Virus record (IMG/VR): IMGVR_UViG_3300033148_002355
DNA: 64,000 nt
Strand: one strand, 5' to 3'
DNA from: an uncultured virus (IMG/VR IMGVR_UViG_3300033148_002355)
Lineage: Duplodnaviria; Heunggongvirae; Uroviricota; Caudoviricetes
Positions 19,696-30,498 of this stretch are shown here, piece after piece. Both the position numbers and the translations under genes were made by a program. The stretch's first letter is position 1. Each line of letters opens with the position of its first letter. A model generated the notes under the pieces. It searched no databases, had not been told where the DNA came from, and saw only the letters and a program-made list of their open reading frames with translations.

Positions 19696-21570
19696 ATGAT
19701 AAAAGAAATAAAAACTTTCGTAGGAGGACCAAAGGCATTACCTGCGGGGGGTAACTCGATAGTAGCGGATACTGATATAGGTAAAGCGTCAGCAGCAGTA
19801 GATGCTGAAAAGGCAGCAGTTGAAGCTACACAGGAACCCACCAACACTCCGTTATCTAATCAGATAGCTAAAAGCGCAGCAACACCAGCTACAGGTATTA
19901 CTAATCAGGATTTGTTTCCTGGAATGAATCAGAACATTAACGTAGGAAGTTCTTCTAGTAAGACACTAGGGAGTCAACCTATATTCGTTGCAGCGGGTCA
20001 ATACGTACCGTACAACATCTTAAATAAGAAAGAGGAGGCTATAGCAGCAGCAGCTAAGAAAAGAGCTGAGAGACAAGCTAAGTTTGATCCGGGAAAAGCG
20101 GGTAAGCTTAATAATCAACTATACCAAAGAAAGCTTAATGATAGGTTTAATAAAATGAATAGTGATTTTATAAGAACTGCTCAAAGTATGGACCCTGACA
20201 ATTGGGATGTTATGCTTAACGATCCGGGTTCTGAGATAGGCAGAGCTTATGCTCAACAGAAGTCTAACTATGAAGTGTTGGCTACTGAGTCGAATGTGAT
20301 ATTTGATAAAGCTGCTGCAGTAATGGCGGCTCAAGAATCTGGAGGAGACACAATATATTCTGAAGCAACAAAAAACTTAGCTTCTCAGGTAGATCACATG
20401 ACGGGTTCAGCTGCAGAGGGTGGTCTTGAGAATTTAAGACCTTTTGTAGATAAACTTAATGGTAGCTTTGATTTAGATAAGCATTTAGCTAATAATAAAG
20501 TTGTCGCTCAAATGAAAGCTGACATAACATCTTTACTTACTCCTGAGCATGGAGGGTTAACTGTAGAGGAGGTTAGTGATTGGTCTAAAAGAATTGAGGC
20601 TTATGCTGAATCTGAAACGGCTAATTCTGCGGGGAGGTATCATAAAGATAACATTATCAAGAAGCAAGATATTGTAGATAGGTTATCTAGTATGTTAGGG
20701 GTTAGTAAGACTAAAACTCATAAGCAGGATAGGGCAACATCAGCAGCAGTAGGAAAAGGTAAAGATCTGAAAGCTAGAACTGAGGAAAGGTATAGGATTA
20801 TAAAAAAGATTTCATTAGACACTACCTCAGAAGAGGCTAAAAGTGCTATAGGAGGGCTTGCTGGTAGTAAGTTTGGAGGTAATGTAATAACTGTAGCTAA
20901 AGCGTCTAATCCTGAAGATTACCAGGATTTAAGAGATGCTTCTACTAGTTTGACTGAGTTTTATAATCAGAACAAAGATGCTACTGAGCCAGGGAAGGTA
21001 TATGGAACTAATCCTGTCATTGAGTCTTCAGAATTTAAGAAAGATCTTCTTGATAGGTTTAATAATGAGTTATCAGCTGCTGGTGTAGATGGGATTTTCA
21101 CTTCGGTTGAGGTTGATAAGAATAATACTAATCTAATTCATATAGTTGGAGAAGACGGTTTAAAGGAGACTGTTGATATGTCAAAAAAAGATGCTTTAGA
21201 GGATCACTTACTAGGAGCTAAAAAAGCAGCTGTTAAAAACAAAAGAGCGATAGAGTTAAAATACGAAGACAATGGACCAAAGACGAAGTATGTTTCTTTA
21301 GAGAAAGAGGATCCTGAGTCTTTTGAGTTGCTTAACACGATGTTGAATGTGAATATAGCAGAAGCTGAAAAGATAGATCAAGGTGATCTTCGTAAGTTAA
21401 AGCTTGCCGATCAGGCATCGTGGGGAGGTAAATCAAAATTAACCAAGGTTAGTTTTGCTGATTACCAAAAGACCGGGGAGTACAAGGATAAGTATGATAA
21501 ATGGAAAAAAAGCAACCCTAACGCTTCAGACGAAGCTATAAATGCTGAAATTGAGAAAAGACGTAAATAG
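19696..21570 (+). CDS. Putative ejection (internal virion) protein
   Basis: 624 aa, helical; between the small and giant ejection candidates. Confidence 0.55.
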   Translation: MIKEIKTFVGGPKALPAGGNSIVADTDIGKASAAVDAEKAAVEATQEPTNTPLSNQIAKSAATPATGITNQDLFPGMNQNINVGSSSSKTLGSQPIFVAAGQYVPYNILNKKEEAIAAAAKKRAERQAKFDPGKAGKLNNQLYQRKLNDRFNKMNSDFIRTAQSMDPDNWDVMLNDPGSEIGRAYAQQKSNYEVLATESNVIFDKAAAVMAAQESGGDTIYSEATKNLASQVDHMTGSAAEGGLENLRPFVDKLNGSFDLDKHLANNKVVAQMKADITSLLTPEHGGLTVEEVSDWSKRIEAYAESETANSAGRYHKDNIIKKQDIVDRLSSMLGVSKTKTHKQDRATSAAVGKGKDLKARTEERYRIIKKISLDTTSEEAKSAIGGLAGSKFGGNVITVAKASNPEDYQDLRDASTSLTEFYNQNKDATEPGKVYGTNPVIESSEFKKDLLDRFNNELSAAGVDGIFTSVEVDKNNTNLIHIVGEDGLKETVDMSKKDALEDHLLGAKKAAVKNKRAIELKYEDNGPKTKYVSLEKEDPESFELLNTMLNVNIAEAEKIDQGDLRKLKLADQASWGGKSKLTKVSFADYQKTGEYKDKYDKWKKSNPNASDEAINAEIEKRRK

Positions 21571-21578
21571 AAGAAGTT

Positions 21579-24500
21579 ATGACAGAAACAAATAAAGGTC
21601 TAGTAGTTCCTGACGGAGAAGAGGTTTTAAAAGAGCCTACTATAGCGACTGAAGAGATTCCATCCGGAGGTCTAGTTGTTCCTGAAGGGGAAGATGAACT
21701 GGATAGTTTTATAGGGGTAAAGTCGCAGTCGCCAAAAAAGGAAACAGTCACACCGATAGCAGAAAAGAAGGTAGAGGAATCGGTAGTGGCGCAAAACAGT
21801 CAGGACGCACTGCCGTTAGAAAGAAGAGTCCCAGAAGAGCCGGGACAATCTTTTCAATCGGTATTACCTTCTCCCGGTATTGGATCGGATTCTCCTTTAA
21901 GCGTAGATAAGGTAGACGAGGAGCCTTTAGAGGACTTGTCAAGATATTTAGGTCCTTCAGCTTTCAACACTCTTCAGGATGAGAAAAAAGCTATTAACGA
22001 AGAGCTTGCTAATACGGAAGCTAAGAAAGTTGATGACCCTATGGGTATCAAAAAAGGAGAAGATCTTTATCTTCAAATGCAAGAAGCTTTAAAACCTAAA
22101 CTTTCTACTGAAAAAGACATTGAAGCTACTCTTAAAGAGATAGAAGAAGATGTTAATATATCTGATCAAGAAAAAGAAGCTGCTAGAACAATAGCTCTTG
22201 AGGGGAAGAAAGAGTTGTTAGATCATTACGAGAGTGAAAAACAACGGGGTCTTGGTTTAGTTTTAAAAGGACATGTTGCTAATATTGAAAAAGAGTCCGG
22301 AGGTGACTATAATAGTTATATAAGTAAAAGTAAAGACGATATATCTAAAGATGTTCTTGTAGGTAAGGAGATTAAGGAGGAGTACGGTTACAACAAGAGG
22401 ATAAGTGATGAAACTAGTAAGGAAGCTATATTAGGTGCTTTAGCTACAACAACTACTCCTAATAATGCTTATGTAAAACTAGCAGCTATAAACAAGTCTG
22501 AAAACAAAGAGGAGGATTTAGCTGCTTACAAGCAGGATTTATTAGAGCAGATTTCTAAGGACAATAAGTTGTTAGGTAATAGATTAACGGATACTGACTT
22601 AAAGCGTTTTGCTATGAGGAGTATTGAGGAGATAGCAGCTATTTCTAGTTCTTTAGCTGAGAAAATGAATACGGTTAATGGTATTCAAGCTGAGAAGCAA
22701 CAGTTTTTAGCTAAGAAACATAAGGGTGTTAATGAGGAAATAGATGATTTAAGTGTTAAACTAATAAAAGAGGCTGACAGTTTAACGGAAGCTGAAAAGA
22801 CAACTATTAAGGATCTTATTGATAAGAAGAGTAGGTTAAAAGATGCTTTTTTTGAGGAGGACGGAAAGAAGACAGGAGAGCTTATGTCTGAAAACATAAA
22901 AGAGGGTAGTGAAAAATACAATCTTTACAAGGATATATTTAAAGATATTCCTGAACACCTTTCTTCTAAAGAGAAGTTTGATGTGTTTTATCTTGCTTTA
23001 AAAGAGGCTACAATGAATAGTCTTTTAGCGGCTGACTTAATAGATGCTGAAACTGGGGAATACGACCCTACTATAGAGAATGTTTTTAGAGACTTTTTAG
23101 GTATTGAAAGTGTTTTAGGTGTTGACTTTTCTGGAGAGATAATAGGTAGCTTAACTCCTATGGAGATTGACGCTATGCAGATGAAAGGTGATTTGGATGA
23201 TTTAACCAATATCTTCTTAAATAATACTGCTTATTCTAGTCCTAAGTATTGGGATGAGCTTATGAATAGTTTCGCTGGTGGATTGATACCTAATATGACT
23301 AGGGCTTCAGGTAAGCAATCTGATACGACAAAAGCGGGAGAGCTATCAAGTACGTTAAGTGATTTTGGCATTACGGAAGGTGAGGGTGTAAACAAAAAGA
23401 GTTTATCTGCTTGGAATGAGTTAATAGCTACTCCAGAGAAAGGTGTAACGTGGCAGAAGTTTGCAGGTACTACTGGAGGGTCTTTTGCTATGATGGTTCA
23501 CCTTATGGGGGGAACGGCTGTATTAAGAGCTGGTAAGATAGGAAAGTTAGGTAAGGTAATAACTAAAGCTGAAAAGATATTAAATAAGACCAAGGCTGGC
23601 AAGCTTCTTTTTTCTGGTTTAAAAGCTGGAGCAAACGCTGAAGTTTCTGGTAGGATATTTAACGATACAGAGGAATTAGAGTTTAAGCAATTTGCTGTAG
23701 GTGAGATAGGATCTAAAGCTTTTGAAAACCTGTTAAAAGCGGGAGGTTTAAAGTACGTTCCTATGTTTGTTAAAGGTTTAGGGCTTACTCCGAAAGCAGC
23801 TTTAGATTTCGCTCTTAAAATATCAACAAGAGCAGCAGCTGAGTTTACAGAGGAAAGTATTCAATCTATAGTTGGAGCGTATAATTCTTCTGATTCATTA
23901 AAAGGGATGGCTGCAGAGCTTAAAAAACAGTTTCCAGATATGGATGCTGTTACTGAATTTGCTATACTAACAGGTTTGTCGGGTGCTATTTTCGGTACAA
24001 CTGGTGCTTACAACGATGTAAGAAAGAAATTGAAAGAGGGTGGTTATAGTACAAAAGAAGCTGATTCTATAATGGATAAGGTTGCTGAGGAGTATAAGAA
24101 AGCTGCGGGGACTATTGATGAAGGAAAAGGAGAGGAAGGTCATTTAACTAAGGTTACTGATAAAAAGAGTCCGGTTAAAGGTGGTGATACATTCACTGTT
24201 GTTAGGTCTAGTGCTGACGGACGTGAGATGTTGGATGAGTCTTATCAAATAAATAAAATTGATAAAGACTTTAATGTTCACGTTACTATAAACGGTAAAG
24301 AACAAGTCTTGACTAAAGAAGAGTTTTCTAAATTAAGAAGAAATAAAAGTTTTGAATTATTCAGAGAATCTAAAGCTCCGGTAAAAGCAGAGCCTACTCA
24401 AACTGCAAGAGAAACGACTACAGAGCCAGTTGCTGAAGTTGTAGGAGATGTAGTTGTTGAGTCGGAAGTAGAGGTTGATGAGCTTGTAGCTCCTGAAGTA

Positions 24501-27500
24501 ATAAATGATAAATATGGAGATACGGAGTACACGAACAAAGAAGGTAAGTTCTTTAGTGAGGAAGAGGTTTTGGATATGACTCCGGAGCAATTGTCTGAGA
24601 TGACCGTTAAGAATCCTTCAGAAGCTGTACAAGCAAAAGTAGCTCCTGAAGCAGAAGTTGCGGGAGAAGCTATAGAAACAACTCCTGAAGTAGAAACAGG
24701 AACTAAAACAGAAGTTAAAACAGATAAAGAAACAAAAGCTGAAGTTAAGAAAGTAAAAGAAGCTAAGAGACAAGAAGAGGCTAAAAAGGCTGAGTCTGTA
24801 AATAACGAGCTTACCAGGAACGTTGTTAGTTACAATGAGTTGTCTAGTACTAAAAAGAACCAAAAGAAGGGTAAAGATTTATTGTCTAGCATTCAGAAGT
24901 CTTCTAGCTATCAGGGTCATACTATCAGTCAAGAAGGTGATAATGTAGTAGTTTCTGATTCAAAGGGTAAAAAGATAAAAGAAACCAACGAGTTCACTAC
25001 TAAGGGAGACCCTAACGAGTGGGTTTCTCAAGAGGTTTCAAGTACAGATGAAGCTTGGGCTGTTGGTGAAGTTAACGACAATAGATTGGATGGTGACGCT
25101 ACAAGCGGGAGAATACATCTTGCAGGGTTAAGAAGTACTGGGTTAACAACTAAAGAAATAGCTGCAGGTGTAAAGCAGATAAAAAAAGGTAATACAGGTT
25201 CCGTCAGTGCTAAAAGGGTTATTGCTGCTTTAGCTGACGCTAGAAAGAAAGGTGTTTACGAGATGTCTGATGGTAAAGGAGGTTTAACTAGTGTTTCTGT
25301 AAGTGAGGTTAGTACGAGAGAGTTAACTGAAGAGGAGACTTTATCTGAAGATGAGTTGAATGCTGAAATGGAATCTAAATCGGAGGAGCAATCACAAGCT
25401 CAGAAGATACAAGACGCTACCGAATCTTTTACTGAAGCTGTTAGAAAGTTAAAGTATACACCTCCAGGAAGTTTTCAGTCTGGTGGGCCATTAGAAATAT
25501 ATAATGCAGCTGTAGAGGCAATGGCTAGGATAATATATGCGGGAGGATCAACAGCAGCTGCGGTATCTAAAGCGATGGCTTATATGAAAGCTTCTGATTG
25601 GTATAAAAAGAAACTACCAGCTGACAGGAAGAAAATTAAAGCAGAGGCAGAAGCTAGTTTTATAAAAAACGCAGAAGAGATTAATGATTTAGCTAAGATT
25701 GAAAGAGCTAAAGTAGAAGGTACAGCTAAAGAAGCGAGAGAAGCTAAAAAGAAAGAAAGGAAGCAAAAGAAGAAGAAAATAAAAGACGATTTAGACGAAG
25801 CTCACGAAGCTCTTAACGATGTTAGAGATGAGTTGTCTGGTAATACGGATCCTTCTAGTCTAAAGAAGTTAAACATGCATATAGTTACCTTGTTAAACAG
25901 TCCTAATATCAGTGAAGAGGTAAAGAAGAAGTTACGGGTTAGTGATGATAAGATTAGGTATAATGTTATAAAGAATAAATGGTCACAAGATCAAGCGATT
26001 CAACTCGTTAAAGCTTTTTCAGAGATAGAAGGAGGTTTAGAGCTTTTGTTAAGCGATATAGAGGGCGACTTTTTAAAGTACGGTCAAGTAGGTATTTGGA
26101 TATTAGATGGTGTTGGACTTTACTACAATAGTCAAGGTCGTACAAATGACGCTACAGATGTAGGTATAAGGAAAGTAAAAATAGCTGAGATTCTAGGTCG
26201 GTCATTCCAAGCTTTAGGTCATGTAGCTCCTGGTAATATAATGGACGCCATGGTATACACAGCGTTTACGGAAACTGTTCAGGTTGAAGAAAGGGTGAAA
26301 CAACACAGGAACGACCTTATAAAGCTAAAGAGAGAAAAAGGCGATGTATCATCAGAAGAGGTTTTTGAAGACGCTAGAGGTGATTTAAACGAGACTATTG
26401 GTGATATTTCTAATCATCCTCAATTTGAAGATGCTATAAATAAAGCTGTTGCTGAACATGTTAAAAAAGAGAAAGCAGCTAAAAAGGAAGCTAAGGAGAA
26501 GGCTGACAAGAAAGGTTCGATTGGAGCTAAGAGAGCTGCGTTGAAAGCTGAAAGAAAGCAGATTAAAAAGGATTTTAAAGCGGGTGGTAAAAATATATTC
26601 TACTCATCTGTAATACCTATGTTGACTCCTGAAGGTATTGAATACGCAGGTGATATAGCTAAGACTTATATTGAGTCTGGTATGTTAAAGGTTTCCGAGA
26701 TAGCTTCTGCTTTAAAAGAGTACTTTAAAAAAGAGCATGATGCTGATTTATCTGATAGTGATATATTAAAAATCTTAAATAATGTTGATGCAGAAAAAGG
26801 AGTTAAAGACAATAAAAAAGATAGTTCAAAAAAGTTAGCTGATAAAGTAATAGATCACGTATCTCAAAAAGAAAATAAGAAGACGGGTGACGCTGTAGAG
26901 GTTCTTATAAGGAACTTATTTGCAAAAGCTAAGGATAGTTTACCAACTCAAGGAGAAGCGGAAAGTGATTTATCTTATAGGGATAGGTTAATAAAAGCAA
27001 TGAAAGGTCAAGACTTCGCTAAAGAGGTTTGGGATGGTGCTAGAAATACTGTAATTGATATTCTTAACAACAAGGAAGCTAAAGGTGAATTAACCGGGGG
27101 TGAGAAAGGAAAGATACTTAAAGATTTAGAAGGGTTTTTTGGTGATGAAGTAGGTATGCCTTTTAGCAAGTCTTTATTAGAAGGTTCTTTAAAGGAGCAA
27201 ATCAAAAGTGACGGGGAGAAGATTAGTGATATAGTAAAGAAACATTACTCAGCTGTAAGTAAAAACGGTAAGAGTCTTGATACTACAAAAGAGAAAGCTA
27301 GATCATTAGCTGAGAAGATAGTAGCTGATACAGGATTATCATCTGCTCAAGCGGACCAGTTAGCAGCTTCTTTAGAGAAGCAGTTTAGCGAGTTAATAGA
27401 GCCTTTCGCTAAGAAAGCATTAGCTAAGGTGTTAGGTGTAGAGGAACTACCTAAGAAAGCTTTAGATAAGGTTTTAAAGAAGAATTCTTCTGTTGTTGAT

Positions 27501-29891
27501 AATGTAATGGAGGCTATAAGGTTGGGAGCTTTAGATGGAAAATCTTTCTTAGATGCTTTCGCTGATAGATTTGGATTTGCTAAGATTTCAGATGTTCATG
27601 CTCAGAAATTAAATGCTTTTATTTATGATATTTCACATTTACCAGCTAAAAGTGTAGCTAGAGATAAAGCGTTCATAGAGTTTAGAACGTACATGAAGGG
27701 TCTTGAAAGCGGAAACGAAGGAGCTTTAGAGAGGTGGTATCATGGTGTTATAACGTCTTTCTTTTACCAGCACATACTAGGTAGCCCTTCTACTGTTTTA
27801 AGGAGTGTATACGGTCTTTTGTGGGGTGGAGGATTACAGATGTTAACTGAGTTTATTAAGAGTCCTAGATTGTTTACTAAAGGGCTGAGATCTATGATGA
27901 CTTCTGAAAAAGATCTTCATGGTACAACTATTCAGAACTTCAGGGTAATGGGAGCTATAATGAAAGGAATAAAAAACTTAGGTCCTGAGATAATAAGAGA
28001 TTCTTGGAAAGAAGGTTATATTCCTTATGAGAGTGCTTTAGAGGGAGCTAAAGAAGCTCATACTACATTAGGTGTTTTGGATAAGTTGTCTAATGCTGAG
28101 TGGAAAGACTTGAGTACGATTAAGAAGGTAGCTAAATTATTTGAGACAGGTCCTTCTAAGATGTTAAGATTACTTATGGCTTCAGATGCTGTGGGTCATT
28201 ATTCGGTAAGAGGTGCTCATGTGGTTACATCTACTTATAATAAAATCCTTAGAGAGGGTAAGTATTCTAGTACTAAAGAGAGGGGTTTTTGGGAAGAGTT
28301 AGATAAAAGAACTGGTAATACAGATGCAGCTAGAAAAACGGCAGAAACTCAAGCTTTTGAAGAGTTAGAGAAGTTGAAAGCTGCTGGAGTAAGTACTAAG
28401 AACTTTAGGGATAAACAAAGAATAGCTGAGATTATATTTGAGTCTTTAGATGAAGATGTAAAAATACAAGCAGAGCAGAAATCTATGGAGATGAGGTTAG
28501 GCCATCATCCTAAAGGTAGTTTTGGTTTTGTTTACGATAAGTTATCTAAGTTTTTGAGTAATGTGCCGTTCGCTATGTTTGTGATACCTTTCTTAAAGAT
28601 ACCGTTGAATTTAGCTGATGCAGCTACTGATTACATTCCTTTGCTAGGTTTGAAAAAAGCTGCTTTTGGTAGAGGTAATTGGATGGTTGGTAGGAACAAA
28701 TCAAAAAGAGGTTCTTCTTATGTTTCTGATGATCTTATTAAGAAGTCTCAATCTGGTAAAGAGTTTATTGCTGAGAATAGGATTGATTACTTAATTAAGC
28801 AAGGTATAGGTGCGGTGGTTACTGGATATGTTTTACAACAGGTATTGTCATCATTTGATTTAGAAGACGATGATCCAGATAAGAGAATTGAGATTACTTA
28901 CAAGGGGACTAATAGTTTTGCTGATAATTACATCTTAGAGAAAGAGAAGGGTTTAAAGCAGTTTCATTATAGGTTTAAAATACCGGGAACAAACAAGTGG
29001 TCCGGTTGGATTGACTATAGAGACTCCCCTTTAGGTCCAATTTTAGCATTTGCGGGAGGAATGTCAGATAAGTTAAAATACGACAGAGAGGATTATAATA
29101 AAGTAGTAACTAGTGATGAGATGTGGGATGCAGCTGAAGTAGGAGCTATGAACTCTTTATTCTTTTTCAAAGAGCAAAACTTCTTGCAAGCCATAGGTGA
29201 TTTGTTTAGAGTTATCAGTACTGAGAAAACAGCTGGAGTAATGGGTAAAAAGTATTTAGCTCAAACGATAGCTAGATCCTTAAAAGGAGTAACTTACCCT
29301 AGTTTGTACACGGCAGCTTACAGTTGGAAGAAGGCGTTATTTAATGACTTTAAGAAAGCTAACGTGGACGTAAAAGATTCTCCTTGGGCTATGTCTTACA
29401 TGGCTGACAAACTTATGTCTGACGTTATATTCCTTGATCAGATGAGGGAGGACTATAAAGATAACTTAGGTCAAAAAGTAAGAGTTCCTAATAAGATACC
29501 TTTAGTTGCTGATGATTACCTTCGTAGTTTTCAGGATGTAGTGGGTATTAATAGGGATAAAGGTGATGTTTGGAATCATTTCTTATCAAGTACTCATTTA
29601 CATAAAGATGATGTAGCTCCTAATGTTCTTCAGGATAGAGAGGTTGTTTATGAGAGTTCAGGAAAAGAAGTTTCTTTAAAGGTAAAACAAGCGTGGAAGG
29701 AAGTTTACGACTTAAAAGTGTTAGCTAGGTATAAAGAGGTGTTTGAAGGTGAGGACGGGAAGATTCTAATGAAAGAACTAAAGAAGGATAAGGAGAAATA
29801 TAAAGCGTTTTTAAGAAAACAGAGGTTTGTAGTGAAGAAGCAGATGTATTACGGGGAAGATAGTCCTTGGAAGAAAATACGGATAAACTAG
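21579..29891 (+). CDS. Giant (2770 aa) putative internal virion/ejection protein
   Basis: Uninterrupted ORF; helical and K/E-rich with Gly/Ala-rich membrane-like segments; C-terminal IPFLKIPLN region resembles large polyvalent phage proteins. Confidence 0.7.
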   Translation: MTETNKGLVVPDGEEVLKEPTIATEEIPSGGLVVPEGEDELDSFIGVKSQSPKKETVTPIAEKKVEESVVAQNSQDALPLERRVPEEPGQSFQSVLPSPGIGSDSPLSVDKVDEEPLEDLSRYLGPSAFNTLQDEKKAINEELANTEAKKVDDPMGIKKGEDLYLQMQEALKPKLSTEKDIEATLKEIEEDVNISDQEKEAARTIALEGKKELLDHYESEKQRGLGLVLKGHVANIEKESGGDYNSYISKSKDDISKDVLVGKEIKEEYGYNKRISDETSKEAILGALATTTTPNNAYVKLAAINKSENKEEDLAAYKQDLLEQISKDNKLLGNRLTDTDLKRFAMRSIEEIAAISSSLAEKMNTVNGIQAEKQQFLAKKHKGVNEEIDDLSVKLIKEADSLTEAEKTTIKDLIDKKSRLKDAFFEEDGKKTGELMSENIKEGSEKYNLYKDIFKDIPEHLSSKEKFDVFYLALKEATMNSLLAADLIDAETGEYDPTIENVFRDFLGIESVLGVDFSGEIIGSLTPMEIDAMQMKGDLDDLTNIFLNNTAYSSPKYWDELMNSFAGGLIPNMTRASGKQSDTTKAGELSSTLSDFGITEGEGVNKKSLSAWNELIATPEKGVTWQKFAGTTGGSFAMMVHLMGGTAVLRAGKIGKLGKVITKAEKILNKTKAGKLLFSGLKAGANAEVSGRIFNDTEELEFKQFAVGEIGSKAFENLLKAGGLKYVPMFVKGLGLTPKAALDFALKISTRAAAEFTEESIQSIVGAYNSSDSLKGMAAELKKQFPDMDAVTEFAILTGLSGAIFGTTGAYNDVRKKLKEGGYSTKEADSIMDKVAEEYKKAAGTIDEGKGEEGHLTKVTDKKSPVKGGDTFTVVRSSADGREMLDESYQINKIDKDFNVHVTINGKEQVLTKEEFSKLRRNKSFELFRESKAPVKAEPTQTARETTTEPVAEVVGDVVVESEVEVDELVAPEVINDKYGDTEYTNKEGKFFSEEEVLDMTPEQLSEMTVKNPSEAVQAKVAPEAEVAGEAIETTPEVETGTKTEVKTDKETKAEVKKVKEAKRQEEAKKAESVNNELTRNVVSYNELSSTKKNQKKGKDLLSSIQKSSSYQGHTISQEGDNVVVSDSKGKKIKETNEFTTKGDPNEWVSQEVSSTDEAWAVGEVNDNRLDGDATSGRIHLAGLRSTGLTTKEIAAGVKQIKKGNTGSVSAKRVIAALADARKKGVYEMSDGKGGLTSVSVSEVSTRELTEEETLSEDELNAEMESKSEEQSQAQKIQDATESFTEAVRKLKYTPPGSFQSGGPLEIYNAAVEAMARIIYAGGSTAAAVSKAMAYMKASDWYKKKLPADRKKIKAEAEASFIKNAEEINDLAKIERAKVEGTAKEAREAKKKERKQKKKKIKDDLDEAHEALNDVRDELSGNTDPSSLKKLNMHIVTLLNSPNISEEVKKKLRVSDDKIRYNVIKNKWSQDQAIQLVKAFSEIEGGLELLLSDIEGDFLKYGQVGIWILDGVGLYYNSQGRTNDATDVGIRKVKIAEILGRSFQALGHVAPGNIMDAMVYTAFTETVQVEERVKQHRNDLIKLKREKGDVSSEEVFEDARGDLNETIGDISNHPQFEDAINKAVAEHVKKEKAAKKEAKEKADKKGSIGAKRAALKAERKQIKKDFKAGGKNIFYSSVIPMLTPEGIEYAGDIAKTYIESGMLKVSEIASALKEYFKKEHDADLSDSDILKILNNVDAEKGVKDNKKDSSKKLADKVIDHVSQKENKKTGDAVEVLIRNLFAKAKDSLPTQGEAESDLSYRDRLIKAMKGQDFAKEVWDGARNTVIDILNNKEAKGELTGGEKGKILKDLEGFFGDEVGMPFSKSLLEGSLKEQIKSDGEKISDIVKKHYSAVSKNGKSLDTTKEKARSLAEKIVADTGLSSAQADQLAASLEKQFSELIEPFAKKALAKVLGVEELPKKALDKVLKKNSSVVDNVMEAIRLGALDGKSFLDAFADRFGFAKISDVHAQKLNAFIYDISHLPAKSVARDKAFIEFRTYMKGLESGNEGALERWYHGVITSFFYQHILGSPSTVLRSVYGLLWGGGLQMLTEFIKSPRLFTKGLRSMMTSEKDLHGTTIQNFRVMGAIMKGIKNLGPEIIRDSWKEGYIPYESALEGAKEAHTTLGVLDKLSNAEWKDLSTIKKVAKLFETGPSKMLRLLMASDAVGHYSVRGAHVVTSTYNKILREGKYSSTKERGFWEELDKRTGNTDAARKTAETQAFEELEKLKAAGVSTKNFRDKQRIAEIIFESLDEDVKIQAEQKSMEMRLGHHPKGSFGFVYDKLSKFLSNVPFAMFVIPFLKIPLNLADAATDYIPLLGLKKAAFGRGNWMVGRNKSKRGSSYVSDDLIKKSQSGKEFIAENRIDYLIKQGIGAVVTGYVLQQVLSSFDLEDDDPDKRIEITYKGTNSFADNYILEKEKGLKQFHYRFKIPGTNKWSGWIDYRDSPLGPILAFAGGMSDKLKYDREDYNKVVTSDEMWDAAEVGAMNSLFFFKEQNFLQAIGDLFRVISTEKTAGVMGKKYLAQTIARSLKGVTYPSLYTAAYSWKKALFNDFKKANVDVKDSPWAMSYMADKLMSDVIFLDQMREDYKDNLGQKVRVPNKIPLVADDYLRSFQDVVGINRDKGDVWNHFLSSTHLHKDDVAPNVLQDREVVYESSGKEVSLKVKQAWKEVYDLKVLARYKEVFEGEDGKILMKELKKDKEKYKAFLRKQRFVVKKQMYYGEDSPWKKIRIN

Positions 29892-29938
29892 CCTTATTAT
29901 TTCAAAAAAATTGATAACTTTAACAATATTTAACTATT

Positions 29939-30478
29939 ATGAGTTTACTCCCTAGATTTAATATAGAGTTTGGAAAACCATCGTTCGTAGTATACGATAC
30001 GACTTGTAAGTACGACTCTTGTTCCAATGAAGAAGGGTTTGGAACTCCTAATAAATCAATAAGCCAAGCAGTAGCTGCAACTTTAACTATTACTATTCCG
30101 GGGGAAACAACTCCTGTAGTTATAGATTTGTTCCCTTATCTACCTAATTCTAATGGTACTGGTTTTGAGATATTCTATGATGATTTAAACATTAATACTA
30201 TTCTCCCTGGAGAATGGAAGATGAAGTACACTATCACTTTTGATGATGATAGCGTTAACGAGGTAGAGAATTGGTTTTTGAACACTTGCCCTATAGATTG
30301 CTGTTTAGCTGAAAGAGTTAAAAAGATTAATATCAAATGTGGCGGGGAATGTGACGAAGAAACATTTAGACTTATTTCCTTATTAGAAGGAGCTGTAGCT
30401 AATCATGGGTTCTGTGATTATGAAAAAGCACACAAATTAGCATTAGACGTTTATAATAGATGTCAGTGCGGTTGTTAA
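29939..30478 (+). CDS. Putative tail hub/fibre attachment protein (Cys-rich C-terminus)
   Basis: 179 aa ending RCQCGC; first gene of the fibre block. Confidence 0.55.
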   Translation: MSLLPRFNIEFGKPSFVVYDTTCKYDSCSNEEGFGTPNKSISQAVAATLTITIPGETTPVVIDLFPYLPNSNGTGFEIFYDDLNINTILPGEWKMKYTITFDDDSVNEVENWFLNTCPIDCCLAERVKKINIKCGGECDEETFRLISLLEGAVANHGFCDYEKAHKLALDVYNRCQCGC

Positions 30479-30498
30479 TTTTATAAAAAAGATATATT

